From the NCBI RefSeq assembly GCF_001598795.1, contig NZ_BCZP01000003.1:1-32000 (forward strand): DNA of 32,000 bases, read 5' to 3'. This document shows, piece by piece, positions 1 through 8,785 of the stretch. The notes under the pieces are model-generated. The model ran no database searches and was not told the DNA's origin. It saw only the letters and a program-made list of their open reading frames with translations. Source of the DNA: Delftia acidovorans NBRC 14950 (GTDB lineage Bacteria > Pseudomonadota > Gammaproteobacteria > Burkholderiales > Burkholderiaceae_C). A program made the translations under genes and the position numbers. Every line of letters starts with the position of its first letter. Positions within the stretch are counted from its first letter, which is position 1.

Positions 1-31
1 GGACAGGACTGCTTCGTCAACTGACTCGCCG
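1..31. repeat. 31-bp sequence identical to 766-796, the right part of a REP-like hairpin element truncated by the window edge
   Basis: ggacaggactgcttcgtcaactgactcgccg occurs at 1-31 and again at 766-796. In the second copy it forms the right arm of a 9-bp stem (752-760/769-777). Confidence 0.8.
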
Positions 32-405
32 CAGTTGCCAGGTCATGCCAGCCCCGCTGGAGCAACTCCAGTCGCTATGCCACAATCCGCACTAGCCCCC
101 TGTCACGGGGCCGGTGCTTGAAAACACCTTTTCCAAGACTAGCGGTGCAGCCTCCCCGTCAGCGAGGCTTTGTCACGTCTGAATCCTGTATTCGTGGGCG
201 CTTGCCCACGTCTGTGCGATTTCGGGCGGGATGGGGCTCACCGCAAGGCTGCCCGCACGACTAGTCTCGTGTTTTCAACATCCCGCCCACCTGCCTGCGC
301 TTGAAAACGCAACCCGGTGGTCTCAAGCCTCGACTAGGAGCACGGAAGCATGCGCAACGTTTGCCTTTCCACGGCCTCTCTCAACCTTGCACGGAGAGCC
401 GAGCC

Positions 406-678
406 ATGACACCCAGACCCCCACCCAGCGCCGAGCATTTCACCCAGGTCGTGACCGAGGTGGACCGCCTGGTGTAGCAAGGCTGTGCCGAAATCTCGGC
501 ACTCTCCCGCATGGCCCTGCTGTGGCTGGAAACGCCCGAGACCAGCAATCGCCTGGACGTGCTCGCCAGCGCCCTGCGCACCATCCGCAACAGCGCCGAC
601 ATGCTGGTCAGCGAAACCAGCGGCGAAGTCGTCGCCGTGGGCTGCTCCCACCACGTCAAAAGCAGCGCAGCCCCCTGA
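406..678 (+). pseudogene. Small hypothetical ORF (90 codons) interrupted by an in-frame TAG at 475-477. Alternatively a 23-aa peptide plus a 55-aa ORF starting at ATG 511.
   Basis: GGAG at 393-396 lies 9 nt upstream of ATG 406. The same frame continues past TAG 475-477 to TGA 676-678, with very high third-position G+C from 511 onward. There is no Shine-Dalgarno before ATG 511. I recognise no family. Confidence 0.35.
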
Positions 679-726
679 ACCGGGCCCAGCGCAGCAAAGG
701 CCCGTACAACTGCCCGTATGCCAGCG

Positions 727-866
727 CCTGCGTCGGGCCGCCTGCGGGGTTGCAGTCCTGCCGAAGGACAGGACTGCTTCGTCAACTGACTCGCCGTGAT
801 TGTCTGAACGTAGCGCGCAGCGCGAAGTGAGTTTCACGGCGAACCCCGCAGGCGGCCCGACGCAGG
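727..866. repeat. REP-like palindromic element: a perfect 25-bp inverted repeat (727-751 / 842-866) enclosing a 9-bp hairpin (752-760 / 769-777)
   Basis: cctgcgtcgggccgcctgcggggtt at 727-751 is the exact reverse complement of aaccccgcaggcggcccgacgcagg at 842-866. The inner stem is gcagtcctg/caggactgc. Confidence 0.85.
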
Positions 867-919
867 TTGCCCCGCAGCGCAGCGAAGGGGTCGCGGGCAT
901 CCGGGTCGTCTTTCTTTGG

Positions 920-953
920 CCTACCTTTCTTTGACGAATCAAAGAAAGGTAGG
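920..953. repeat. Perfect 15-bp stem / 4-nt loop hairpin (cctacctttctttga-cgaa-tcaaagaaaggtagg), AT-rich relative to its surroundings
   Basis: Read directly: arm 920-934 is the reverse complement of arm 939-953. It is followed by a second GC hairpin, gccggg(960-965)/cccggc(972-977), and an A-run (T-run on the minus strand), so it may also terminate the minus-strand gene ending at 1018. Confidence 0.8.
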
Positions 954-1017
954 TCGGCCGCCGGGCCGAGACCCGGCCTCGAAAAAACACCCCCCGGCAG
1001 GGGCAGAAACAGTCCCC

Positions 1018-1443
1018 TCACCCGACAACCACGGACCGCGCAGCGCCGACAACATCCCGCGTGCGCCTCAACCCAATCCACTGCAACTCAGCCAACACAA
1101 CAACCACCAGTGCCTGAGCCAACACCCACGCCACCCCCCAGGCAGACAACCCCAACCCACCAAACGCCAACAGCGCAACACAGCCCACAGCCCACCCAAA
1201 ATTCCCCACAACCACCAGCCCGATCAACCGCCGCGGCACAGGCGAGCGCACCGCCATCCACGCAGCCAGCAGCGCATAGCCCAGCAAAAACCAGCCTGTG
1301 GACTGCAGCAGCGCCAGAGGCAACCCCGTCACATCCGACAGCGGCTGCCCCGCCGCCAGTTGCAAGGCGCCCGAGGCGGCGCAGGAAGCAGCATCGGCCC
1401 ACATCACGCGGGGCAGGAAACGGGGGGAAGCAAACATCGACAT
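1018..1443 (-). CDS. Small hydrophobic integral membrane protein (about 4 predicted TM helices), function unknown
   Basis: ORF 1018-1470. AAGGAG lies 6 nt upstream of the internal ATG at 1443. The translation is dominated by hydrophobic stretches (LLGYALLAAWMAV, LIGLVVVGNFGWAVGCVALLAFGGLGL, VAWVLAQALVVVVLA). It is divergent from an HTH regulator. Confidence 0.6.
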   Translation of the reverse strand: MSMFASPRFLPRVMWADAASCAASGALQLAAGQPLSDVTGLPLALLQSTGWFLLGYALLAAWMAVRSPVPRRLIGLVVVGNFGWAVGCVALLAFGGLGLSAWGVAWVLAQALVVVVLAELQWIGLRRTRDVVGAARSVVVG

Positions 1444-1565
1444 GGCGAACTCCTTGAGAGCAACAGGCACACACCGTGCATGCCATGGACTGCATGGTCC
1501 GCCGCAGGCTGCACAGGGTCGATAACCTCGCAGGTCATGGCCGCCACGCCGGCCCCGCCGCTACG

Positions 1566-2393
1566 ATGCGGACCATGACCTCCACCGCCCATCCACCGTC
1601 CGCGCGCTCGCCCTTCGGCGACCATCTGCGCCACTGGCGCCAGCACCGCCGCCTGAGCCAGCAGGGCCTGGCGCTGGAGGCCGAGATCTCCACGCGCCAC
1701 CTGAGCTATGTGGAAACCGGCCGCGCCCAGCCCAGCCGCGAGATGGTGCTGCGCCTGGTGGAGCGCCTGGGCGTGCCGCTGCGCGAGCGCAACGCGCTGC
1801 TGGTGGCCGCAGGCTATGCACCCATGTACCAGGCCCGGCCGCTGGACCACCCTGACCTGGCCGCCGCGCGCCAGGCCGTGGACCTGGTGCTCAAGGGCCA
1901 CGAACCCAATCCCGCCCTGGCCGTGGACCGTCACTGGAACCTGGTGGCCGCCAACGCCATCGTGCCGCTGCTGCTGGCCGGCGTGGCGCCCTGGCTGCTG
2001 GAGCCGCCCGTCAATGTGCTGCGCCTGAGCCTGCACCCCGAAGGCCTGGGCCCGCGCCTGGCCAACGCAGCCCATTGGCGCGCGCATCTGCTGCACCGCC
2101 TGCAGCAGCAGATTGCTGCCACGTCGGATGCGCAGTTGCAGGCGCTGCACGACGAGATTGCCGCCTACCCGTTCAAGGAAGATGAAGCGGACTCACATGG
2201 CGCAGCACCTGCCAGCCACATCGCTGTGCCCTTCGCGCTGGACACCGACCATGGCCGCCTGAACTTCATCAGCACCATCACCATCTTCGGCACGCCGGTG
2301 GATGTGACCCTGCAGGAGCTGGCCGTGGAGTCGTTCTTTCCGGCGGATGCGCAGACGCAGGAGGTGCTGGGGCGGTTGAGGCAGACTGCGTAA
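1566..2393 (+). CDS. XRE-family helix-turn-helix transcriptional regulator with an MmyB-like C-terminal domain
   Basis: The N-terminal segment FGDHLRHWRQHRRLSQQGLALEAEISTRHLSYVETGRAQPSREMVLRLVERLGVPLRERNALLVAAGY is a typical XRE HTH followed by the MmyB-type extension. The start is uncertain (ATG 1566 or 1575; the ORF opens at 1476). Confidence 0.75.
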   Translation: MRTMTSTAHPPSARSPFGDHLRHWRQHRRLSQQGLALEAEISTRHLSYVETGRAQPSREMVLRLVERLGVPLRERNALLVAAGYAPMYQARPLDHPDLAAARQAVDLVLKGHEPNPALAVDRHWNLVAANAIVPLLLAGVAPWLLEPPVNVLRLSLHPEGLGPRLANAAHWRAHLLHRLQQQIAATSDAQLQALHDEIAAYPFKEDEADSHGAAPASHIAVPFALDTDHGRLNFISTITIFGTPVDVTLQELAVESFFPADAQTQEVLGRLRQTA

Positions 2394-2419
2394 ACCGGAA
2401 AGTACAGAGCCAGAAAGCA

Positions 2420-2445
2420 GCAAAGCCCGCCGAAGCGGGCTTTGC
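2420..2445. terminator. Bidirectional intrinsic-terminator-like hairpin between convergent genes
   Basis: gcaaagcccgc (2420-2430), cgaa loop, gcgggctttgc (2435-2445): an 11-bp perfect stem. It sits between the regulator stop (2393) and the acnB stop (2470). A/T residues flank it on both sides. Confidence 0.7.
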
Positions 2446-2469
2446 TCATGGAGCCGGATCAGGCCGGAC

Positions 2470-5061
2470 TCAGGCGCTCACGCCCCTGGCCACGTCCGCG
2501 TACTCTTCGATCTGGTCGAAGTTCATGTAGCGGTAGACGCTGGACTTGTCGGCATCGATCACGCCCATTTCCTTGAGGTATTCCTCCTTGGTGGGCAGCT
2601 TGCCCAGGCGCGATGCGATGGCGGCCAGCTCGGCCGAGCCCAGGAACACGTTGGTGTTCTTGCCCAGGCGGTTGGGGAAGTTGCGGGTCGAGGTGGAGAT
2701 CACCGTCGCGCCTTCGCGGACCTGGGCCTGGTTGCCCATGCACAGCGAGCAGCCCGGCATTTCGGTGCGGGCACCGGCCGTGCCGAAGGCGGCGTAGTGG
2801 CCTTCCTTGATCAGCTCGTTCTGGTCCATCTTGGTGGGCGGAGCCACCCACAGCTTGACGGGGATGTCGCGCTGGCCGCCCAGCAGCTTGGCTGCTGCGC
2901 GGAAGTGGCCGATGTTGGTCATGCACGAACCGATGAAGGCTTCATCGATCTTGGTGCCGGCCACTTCGGACAGGAACTTGGCGTCATCGGGATCGTTGGG
3001 GCAGCAGACGATGGGTTCCTTGATGTCGGCCAGGTCGATCTCGAACACGGCAGCGTATTCGGCGTCCTTGTCGGCTTCGAGCAGGTCGGGCTTGGCCAGC
3101 CAGGCTTCGACCTTCTCGATGCGGCGCTGCAGCGTCTTGGCGTCGGCGTAGCCGTCGGCGATCATGTTCTTCATCAGAACGATGTTCGAGGTCAGGTACT
3201 CCTTGATCGGCTCGGGGTTGAGCTTGATCGTGCAGCCGGCAGCCGAGCGCTCGGCCGAGGCGTCGGACAGCTCGAAAGCTTGCTCGACCTTGAGGTCGGG
3301 CAGGCCTTCGATTTCCAGGATGCGGCCCGAGAAGATGTTCTTCTTGCCGGCCTTGGCCACGGTCAGTGCGCCTGCCTTGATGGCGTACAGCGGAATGGCA
3401 TGCACGAGGTCACGCAGGGTGACGCCGGGCTGCATTTCGCCCTTGAAGCGCACGAGCACGGACTCGGGCATGTCCAGGGGCATCACGCCCGTGGCGGCGC
3501 CGAAGGCCACCAGGCCGGAACCTGCGGGGAAGGAGATGCCGATGGGGAAGCGCGTGTGCGAGTCGCCGCCCGTGCCCACGGTGTCGGGCAGCAGCAGGCG
3601 GTTGAGCCAGGAGTGGATCACGCCGTCACCGGGACGCAGGGCCACGCCGCCGCGGTTGCTGATGAAGGCAGGCAGCTCGCGGTGGGTCTTGACGTCCACG
3701 GGCTTGGGGTAGGCGGCCGTGTGGCAGAAGGACTGCATGACCATGTCGGCCGAGAAGCCCAGGCAGGCCAGGTCCTTGAGCTCGTCGCGGGTCATGGGGC
3801 CGGTGGTGTCCTGCGAACCCACGGTGGTCATGCGCGGCTCGCAGTAGGTACCGGGGCGCACGCCCTGGCCTTCCGGCAGGCCGACGGCGCGGCCGACCAT
3901 CTTCTGGGCCAGCGTGAAGCCCGCGTTCGAAGCAGCGGGCGCCTGGGGCAGGCGGAACACGGTGGAGGCAGACAGGCCCAGGAATTCGCGGGCCTTGGCG
4001 GTCAGCGAGCGGCCGATGATCAGGTTGATGCGGCCGCCGGCGCGCACTTCGTCGAACAGCACGTCGCTCTTGAGCTGGAACTCGGCGACGGTCTCGCCGT
4101 TCTTGACCAGCTTGCCGTCATAGGGCAGCACGTCGATGACGTCGCCCATCTCCAGCTTGGTGACATCGACTTCGATGGGCAGCGAGCCCGAATCTTCCTG
4201 CGTGTTGAAGAAGATGGGAGCGATCTTGCCGCCCAGGGTCACGCCGCCGAAGCGCTTGTTGGGCACGAAGGGGATGTCCTGGCCCGTGGCCCAGACGATG
4301 GAGTTGGTGGCCGACTTGCGCGAGGAGCCGGTGCCGACCACGTCGCCCACGTAGGCGACCAGGTGGCCCTTCTTCTTGAGGTCGTCGATGAACTGCATCG
4401 GGCCGCGCTTGCCGTCTTCCTCGGGCTTGAAGGCCGCGTCGGGACGGGTGTTCTTGAGCATGGCCAGGTAGTGCAGCGGGATGTCCGGACGGCTCCAGGC
4501 ATCGGGCGCGGGCGACAGGTCGTCGGTGTTGGTCTCGCCGGGCACCTTGAAGACGGTGACGGTGATCTTCTTGTCCACTTCGGGGCGCGAGGTGAACCAC
4601 TCGGCGTCAGCCCAGCTCTTCATGACTTCCTGGGCCTTGGCGTTGCCGGCCTTGGCCTTGGTGGCCACGTCGTTGAAGAAGTCGAACATCAGCAGCGTCT
4701 TCTTCAGCGCATCGGCGGCCACACCGGCGACTTCGGCGTCGTCCAGCAGCTCGATCAGGGGATGCACGTTGTAGCCGCCCACCATGGTGCCCAGCAGCTC
4801 GGTGGCCTTGGCCTTGGAGATGAGAGCCACCTGGATGTCACCGTGGGCCACGGCTGCCAGGAAGCTGGCCTTGACCTTGGCGGCATCGTCCACGCCCGGA
4901 GGAACGCGGTGCGTGAGCAGGTCGAGCAGGAAGGCGTCCTCGCCAGCGGGCGGGTTTTTGATCAGCTCGATCAGTTCGGCAACCTGCTTGGCTTCCAGCG
5001 GCAGCGGGGGGATACCGAGCGCGGCGCGTTCGGCCACGTGGTCACGGTAGGCTTTCAACAT
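2470..5061 (-). CDS. acnB: Aconitate hydratase B (bifunctional aconitase 2 / 2-methylisocitrate dehydratase)
   Basis: 863-aa ORF with the AcnB N-terminal HEAT-like/swivel arrangement ([22 protein letters not shown]...) and an aconitase catalytic core with Fe-S cysteine motifs ([17 protein letters not shown]). GGAGA RBS upstream of ATG 5061. Confidence 0.95.
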   Translation of the reverse strand: MLKAYRDHVAERAALGIPPLPLEAKQVAELIELIKNPPAGEDAFLLDLLTHRVPPGVDDAAKVKASFLAAVAHGDIQVALISKAKATELLGTMVGGYNVHPLIELLDDAEVAGVAADALKKTLLMFDFFNDVATKAKAGNAKAQEVMKSWADAEWFTSRPEVDKKITVTVFKVPGETNTDDLSPAPDAWSRPDIPLHYLAMLKNTRPDAAFKPEEDGKRGPMQFIDDLKKKGHLVAYVGDVVGTGSSRKSATNSIVWATGQDIPFVPNKRFGGVTLGGKIAPIFFNTQEDSGSLPIEVDVTKLEMGDVIDVLPYDGKLVKNGETVAEFQLKSDVLFDEVRAGGRINLIIGRSLTAKAREFLGLSASTVFRLPQAPAASNAGFTLAQKMVGRAVGLPEGQGVRPGTYCEPRMTTVGSQDTTGPMTRDELKDLACLGFSADMVMQSFCHTAAYPKPVDVKTHRELPAFISNRGGVALRPGDGVIHSWLNRLLLPDTVGTGGDSHTRFPIGISFPAGSGLVAFGAATGVMPLDMPESVLVRFKGEMQPGVTLRDLVHAIPLYAIKAGALTVAKAGKKNIFSGRILEIEGLPDLKVEQAFELSDASAERSAAGCTIKLNPEPIKEYLTSNIVLMKNMIADGYADAKTLQRRIEKVEAWLAKPDLLEADKDAEYAAVFEIDLADIKEPIVCCPNDPDDAKFLSEVAGTKIDEAFIGSCMTNIGHFRAAAKLLGGQRDIPVKLWVAPPTKMDQNELIKEGHYAAFGTAGARTEMPGCSLCMGNQAQVREGATVISTSTRNFPNRLGKNTNVFLGSAELAAIASRLGKLPTKEEYLKEMGVIDADKSSVYRYMNFDQIEEYADVARGVSA

Positions 5062-5124
5062 GATTCTCTCTCCATGGTTTTCTAAAGTGGGGCTGCTTGC
5101 GGGACGCTCAGGTCCGGGCCTGGA

Positions 5125-5712
5125 TTACTGGCCGGCGGGCTTGGGTGCTTCCAGCAGGCTGGGAGGCGGGTTCTTCTTGATGGCCTCGGCCACCTGAAGC
5201 TGATCGGGGCTCATGCATTCGTCGGCCAGGCGCTGGCCGACCTTCTGGTTCATGAGCATCGATTTGTTGGCGATCTGCAGCCAGACGGCGCCGGCATGCT
5301 TGTCTTCCAGGCGCACGGTGCCGGTCGAGGTCTTGACGGGCGACATGTGGTACTTGAAGCCCTTGCCGTCGATGTTGAAGTAACCCGGGTTGGCCTGGTC
5401 GGCCGTCACATTGACGAAGGCGCCCAGCTCGCAGGGGATGCGGCCGGTGTGCACGCGCTCGGAAATGGCCAGGTCTTCGGCGGACAGCGGCTGCTGGGCA
5501 GCAGTTGCGACGGCGGCCGCACCGCCGACGGCGGCAGCGCCGGCAGCGGCCTTGGCCGTGGTGGCCTTCTTGGCGGGGGCCTTCTTGGCCGCAGGCTTGG
5601 CAGCGGCCTTGGCCGGTGCCTTCTTTGCGGTGGCGGGCTCGGCGGCGCTGGCACCCAGGCCCATGGCCAGCAAGGGGGCTGCGATCAGGATGGAGGCGAT
5701 AGCTGTCTTCAT
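5125..5712 (-). CDS. Secreted protein of unknown function with an Ala/Lys/Pro-rich repeat linker
   Basis: AGGAG lies 8 nt upstream of ATG 5712. The Sec signal is MKTAIASILIAAPLLAMGLGASA. It is followed by AKKAPAKAAAKPAAKKAPAKKATTAKAAA low complexity and then a ~120-aa globular C-terminal region with 2 Cys. The longer ORF to 6201 overlaps the upstream gene and has an Arg/Pro-rich artefactual N-terminus. Confidence 0.65.
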   Translation of the reverse strand: MKTAIASILIAAPLLAMGLGASAAEPATAKKAPAKAAAKPAAKKAPAKKATTAKAAAGAAAVGGAAAVATAAQQPLSAEDLAISERVHTGRIPCELGAFVNVTADQANPGYFNIDGKGFKYHMSPVKTSTGTVRLEDKHAGAVWLQIANKSMLMNQKVGQRLADECMSPDQLQVAEAIKKNPPPSLLEAPKPAGQ

Positions 5713-5743
5713 ACGTTGGGCTCCTGCAAATTCCCGGTGTGGG

Positions 5744-6763
5744 CTAAGCAAGTGATTCTGATGCAAACCAGGGCTGCACCTGTGGGGGCAGCGCCTGGCC
5801 GGTCTGGTGGGCACGTGTGAGCAACTGCCAGAAATAGCGGTAGCTCGCCCGGTCATGTAATACACCATCCACGCTGACGGGCGCCCAATCGGCGGCCTCG
5901 GCGGCGGTAAGTATTTGTGCGGCCTGCGCCACTTCGTCGGCCTGGGGCGCGAAGGCGGCGAGGATGGGGCGGATCTGGTCCGGGTGGATGCTCCACATGC
6001 GGGTATAGCCGAGCCGCCGTGACGCCTGTGTGGCAGCGGCCTGCAGCGCCTGTGGATTCCTGAATTCGGTGACCACGCAGTGCGAAGGCACCTTGCCGTG
6101 CGCGTGGCAGGCAGCTGCGATCTCCAGCTTGGCACGCACGACCAGCGGATGGTCGAACTGGCCGGCCGAGCCCATGGCCGAAGCAGGAATCGCGCCGCCA
6201 TGGGCCGAGACGAAGTCCATCAGGCCGAAGGAAATGCTCTGCACGCGCGGGTGCGCCGCGATGTCGAAGGCCCGGTGCACGGCGGCGGGCGACTCGATGA
6301 GCACATGCAGCGGCAGTTCGCGGCAGCCCAGTCGGCCCAGATGCCGCTCGGCCAGCAGCACGTCGTCCACGCTTTCCACCTTTGGCAGCATGAGGTGGCA
6401 CAGGCGGTCGCCGGCCTCGCCGACGATGATGTCCAGGTCCTGCGCGAAGCTGGCGTGGTCAACGGCATGCACGCGCGCAGCCACTCGGGCACCGGGCGCG
6501 GCATCGCGCGCCAGCGAGGCCACCAGGCGCGCATGGGCCGCCTCCTGGCCCACGGGGGCGCCATCCTCGCAGTCCAGCGTGACGTCAAAGACGCAGGTGC
6601 CGAACTCGGCCATCATCTCGGCCTGCAGCTGCAGGCTCTTGCGCATGCGCACTTCCACGCCGCTGTAGTGGTCGCAGACGGGCAGGTGCAGGGCACCGCC
6701 CTGCGCATCGAGCAGCACCTGGGCCGGGTGTGCGCGAGAGGGTGTGGACGTGGCGGCGGTCAT
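5744..6763 (-). CDS. HpcH/HpaI aldolase / citrate lyase beta (CitE)-like acyl-CoA lyase family protein
   Basis: The 339-aa translation has the overall CitE/malyl-CoA-lyase-like layout ([12 protein letters not shown]..., LMLPKVES..., ISFGLMDF...). ATG 6763 overlaps the tam stop (ATGA), indicating translational coupling. Confidence 0.7.
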   Translation of the reverse strand: MTAATSTPSRAHPAQVLLDAQGGALHLPVCDHYSGVEVRMRKSLQLQAEMMAEFGTCVFDVTLDCEDGAPVGQEAAHARLVASLARDAAPGARVAARVHAVDHASFAQDLDIIVGEAGDRLCHLMLPKVESVDDVLLAERHLGRLGCRELPLHVLIESPAAVHRAFDIAAHPRVQSISFGLMDFVSAHGGAIPASAMGSAGQFDHPLVVRAKLEIAAACHAHGKVPSHCVVTEFRNPQALQAAATQASRRLGYTRMWSIHPDQIRPILAAFAPQADEVAQAAQILTAAEAADWAPVSVDGVLHDRASYRYFWQLLTRAHQTGQALPPQVQPWFASESLA

Positions 6764-7566
6764 GGCTTGCGCTGGGCGACGATGAACAGGCGGGGAAAGG
6801 CCAGCAGGCGCCGGCCGTCGGCGCGCACGCCGTAGGCGGCGTCCACGCGGTTTTCGTATTCGGTGAGGAAGTCGGCCTGCAGGGCTTCGGGCAGGCCCTC
6901 GACGAAGGGCTTGAGGCCGGTGCCGCGCAGCCACTGGACGATGGCGCCGGCCGAGTCCATCGGATGCTGGTAGACGGTGTGCCAGACATCGACGGCGCCG
7001 GCCTCGACGCCGGCCTGCTCCTGCGGGCCGGCCAGCAGGTCGTAGTAGCTGCGGATGGGCAGGATGTCGGCCCGCACCTTGGCGGCATCGCCGATGTAGG
7101 CGGCAAACTTGGGCAGGCTGGCGATCTCGCGCATCACGCGGTGCGTGGCTTCCTGCCGGTTGTCGGGCATCTGTATCGCCAGCACGCCCCCTGGCGCCAG
7201 TTGGGCGAACAGGCGGGGTATCAGCGTTTCATGCTCCCCCACCCACTGGAGGGAGGCATTGGCATAAATCAGGTCGGGAGCGCTCTCGCCGGGGGCGGGC
7301 GTCCAGGAAGCAATGTCGGCCAGCGCGAAGCGGGCCTCAGGCAGATGCTGGCGCGCGGTGGCCAGCATCGCCTGGGAGTTGTCTATGCCGGTGATCGTGG
7401 CACCGGCATAGCGCTGTGCAAGCAGCTCGGTGGAATTGCCCGGCCCGCATCCCAGGTCCACCACATGGCGGGCCTGGGCCAAGGGCACACGCGCCAGCAG
7501 CTCGGCTGCGGGGCGCGTACGCTCATTGGCGAAACGCAGGTAAAGCGCGGGATTCCAGTCGAGCAT
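6760..7566 (-). CDS. tam: Trans-aconitate 2-methyltransferase
   Basis: The N-terminus [29 protein letters not shown]...[15 protein letters not shown] closely matches the enterobacterial Tam N-terminus as I remember it, and it carries the SAM-binding motif DLGCGPG. Start chosen at ATG 7566; the ORF extension to 7779 overlaps mdh. Confidence 0.85.
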   Translation of the reverse strand: MLDWNPALYLRFANERTRPAAELLARVPLAQARHVVDLGCGPGNSTELLAQRYAGATITGIDNSQAMLATARQHLPEARFALADIASWTPAPGESAPDLIYANASLQWVGEHETLIPRLFAQLAPGGVLAIQMPDNRQEATHRVMREIASLPKFAAYIGDAAKVRADILPIRSYYDLLAGPQEQAGVEAGAVDVWHTVYQHPMDSAGAIVQWLRGTGLKPFVEGLPEALQADFLTEYENRVDAAYGVRADGRRLLAFPRLFIVAQRKP

Positions 7567-7580
7567 GGCTTGCCGGCGGC

Positions 7581-8567
7581 TTACAGCAGGTGCTTGACGC
7601 CGTCCTGTTCGCCTTGCAGCTCGGCCAGGGTCTTGTCGATGCACTCTTGCGAGAAAGCGTCGATTTCCAGGCCTTCGACGATCTTGTACTCGCCGTTCTC
7701 GGTGGTGACCGGGAAGCCGAAGACGATGCCGGCGGGGATGCCGTATTCGCCGTTGGAGGGCACGCCCATGGTGACCCATTCGCCGCCCGAGCCCAGGGCC
7801 CAGTCGCGCATGTGGTCGATGGCAGCGTTGGCAGCCGAGGCAGCCGAGGACAGGCCACGGGCGGCAATGATGGCGGCGCCACGCTTGCCGACGGTGGGCA
7901 GGAACACGTCCTTGTTCCAGGCCTGGTCGTTGATCTTGGCCTTGACGCTTTCACCGTTGACGGTGGCGAAGCGGTAGTCGGCGTACATCGTGGGCGAGTG
8001 GTTGCCCCAGACGGTCAGCTTGCGGATGTCGCCCACCTTGAAGCCGGCCTTGGCAGCCAGTTGCGAGGCAGCGCGGTTGTGGTCCAGGCGCAGCATGGCG
8101 GTGAAGTTCTTGGCCGGCAGGTCCGGAGCCGACTTCATGGCGATGTAGGCGTTGGTGTTGGCGGGGTTGCCGACGACCAGCACCTTCACGTTGCGCGAGG
8201 CAGCGGCGTTCAGCGCCTTGCCCTGGGCCGTGAAGATCTGTGCGTTGGCAGCCAGCAGGTCGGCACGTTCCATGCCGGGGCCGCGGGGACGCGCGCCGAC
8301 CAGCAGGGCGTAGTCGGTGTCCTTGAAGGCTTGCAGGGGGTCGGAGTGGGCTTCGATGCCGGCCAGCAGGGGGAAGGCGCAGTCCTCGAGTTCCATGATC
8401 ACGCCCTTGAGCGCGTTCTGGGCCTTCTCGTCGGGAATCTCCAGCAGTTGCAGAATGACGGGCTGGTCCTTACCCAGCATTTCGCCGGAGGCGATGCGGA
8501 ACAGCAGGGCGTAACCAATTTGACCGGCGGCACCGGTGACGGCGACACGAACGGGCTTCTTGCTCAT
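7581..8567 (-). CDS. mdh: NAD-dependent malate dehydrogenase
   Basis: 328 aa. [45 protein letters not shown] is the Rossmann/LDH-like MDH signature of the betaproteobacterial type. GGAG lies 8 nt upstream of the ATG. Confidence 0.95.
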   Translation of the reverse strand: MSKKPVRVAVTGAAGQIGYALLFRIASGEMLGKDQPVILQLLEIPDEKAQNALKGVIMELEDCAFPLLAGIEAHSDPLQAFKDTDYALLVGARPRGPGMERADLLAANAQIFTAQGKALNAAASRNVKVLVVGNPANTNAYIAMKSAPDLPAKNFTAMLRLDHNRAASQLAAKAGFKVGDIRKLTVWGNHSPTMYADYRFATVNGESVKAKINDQAWNKDVFLPTVGKRGAAIIAARGLSSAASAANAAIDHMRDWALGSGGEWVTMGVPSNGEYGIPAGIVFGFPVTTENGEYKIVEGLEIDAFSQECIDKTLAELQGEQDGVKHLL

Positions 8568-8697
8568 GATGAAACTCCAGGGATGGGGAAAAAATCAGGT
8601 GTTATCGGCGCCAGGTCGCACCAGCGTCAGAAACCAGCAGCCCGTGCTCCGCAAACAACGCGAAAGTGTACTCCCGATTTCGAAGCCCGGTCAATTT

Positions 8698-8718
8698 GTC
8701 TTATGTCTTATATAAGAT
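8698..8718. promoter_or_regulatory. Candidate GntR/HutC-type operator: gtcttat gtcttat ataagat (two direct heptamers plus one inverted; core 12-bp perfect palindrome tcttatataaga at 8706-8717)
   Basis: Read directly in the mdh / GntR divergent intergenic region. It is strikingly AT-rich in a GC-rich genome and has the GT...AC/AT dyad style of GntR-family operators. Confidence 0.45.
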
Positions 8719-8785
8719 ATGATCGACGTCTGTTTCCAAGTCTTTCATCTGCGTCTCCGGGAGCCTCCCCACCCCGAACTTTTCC

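Noticed and set aside
231-1081. ORFs 231-830 (+), 334-990 (-), 782-1081 (-), 867-1457 (+) and 916-1578 (+)
   Set aside because: The translations are Arg/Pro/Gln/Thr-rich. They run through the palindromic repeat elements or antisense to the membrane-protein gene, and have no RBS or motifs.
2797-5085. 762-aa ORF on the plus strand, antisense to acnB
   Set aside because: A typical high-G+C antisense phantom ORF. The translation is Gly/Ala/Val/Asp/His-rich with no motifs, while the opposite strand encodes an unmistakable AcnB.
5713-6201. N-terminal extension of ORF 5125-6201 (358 aa)
   Set aside because: The extension overlaps the CitE-like gene in another frame and is Arg/Pro-rich. The internal ATG 5712 has an AGGAG RBS and starts a textbook signal peptide.
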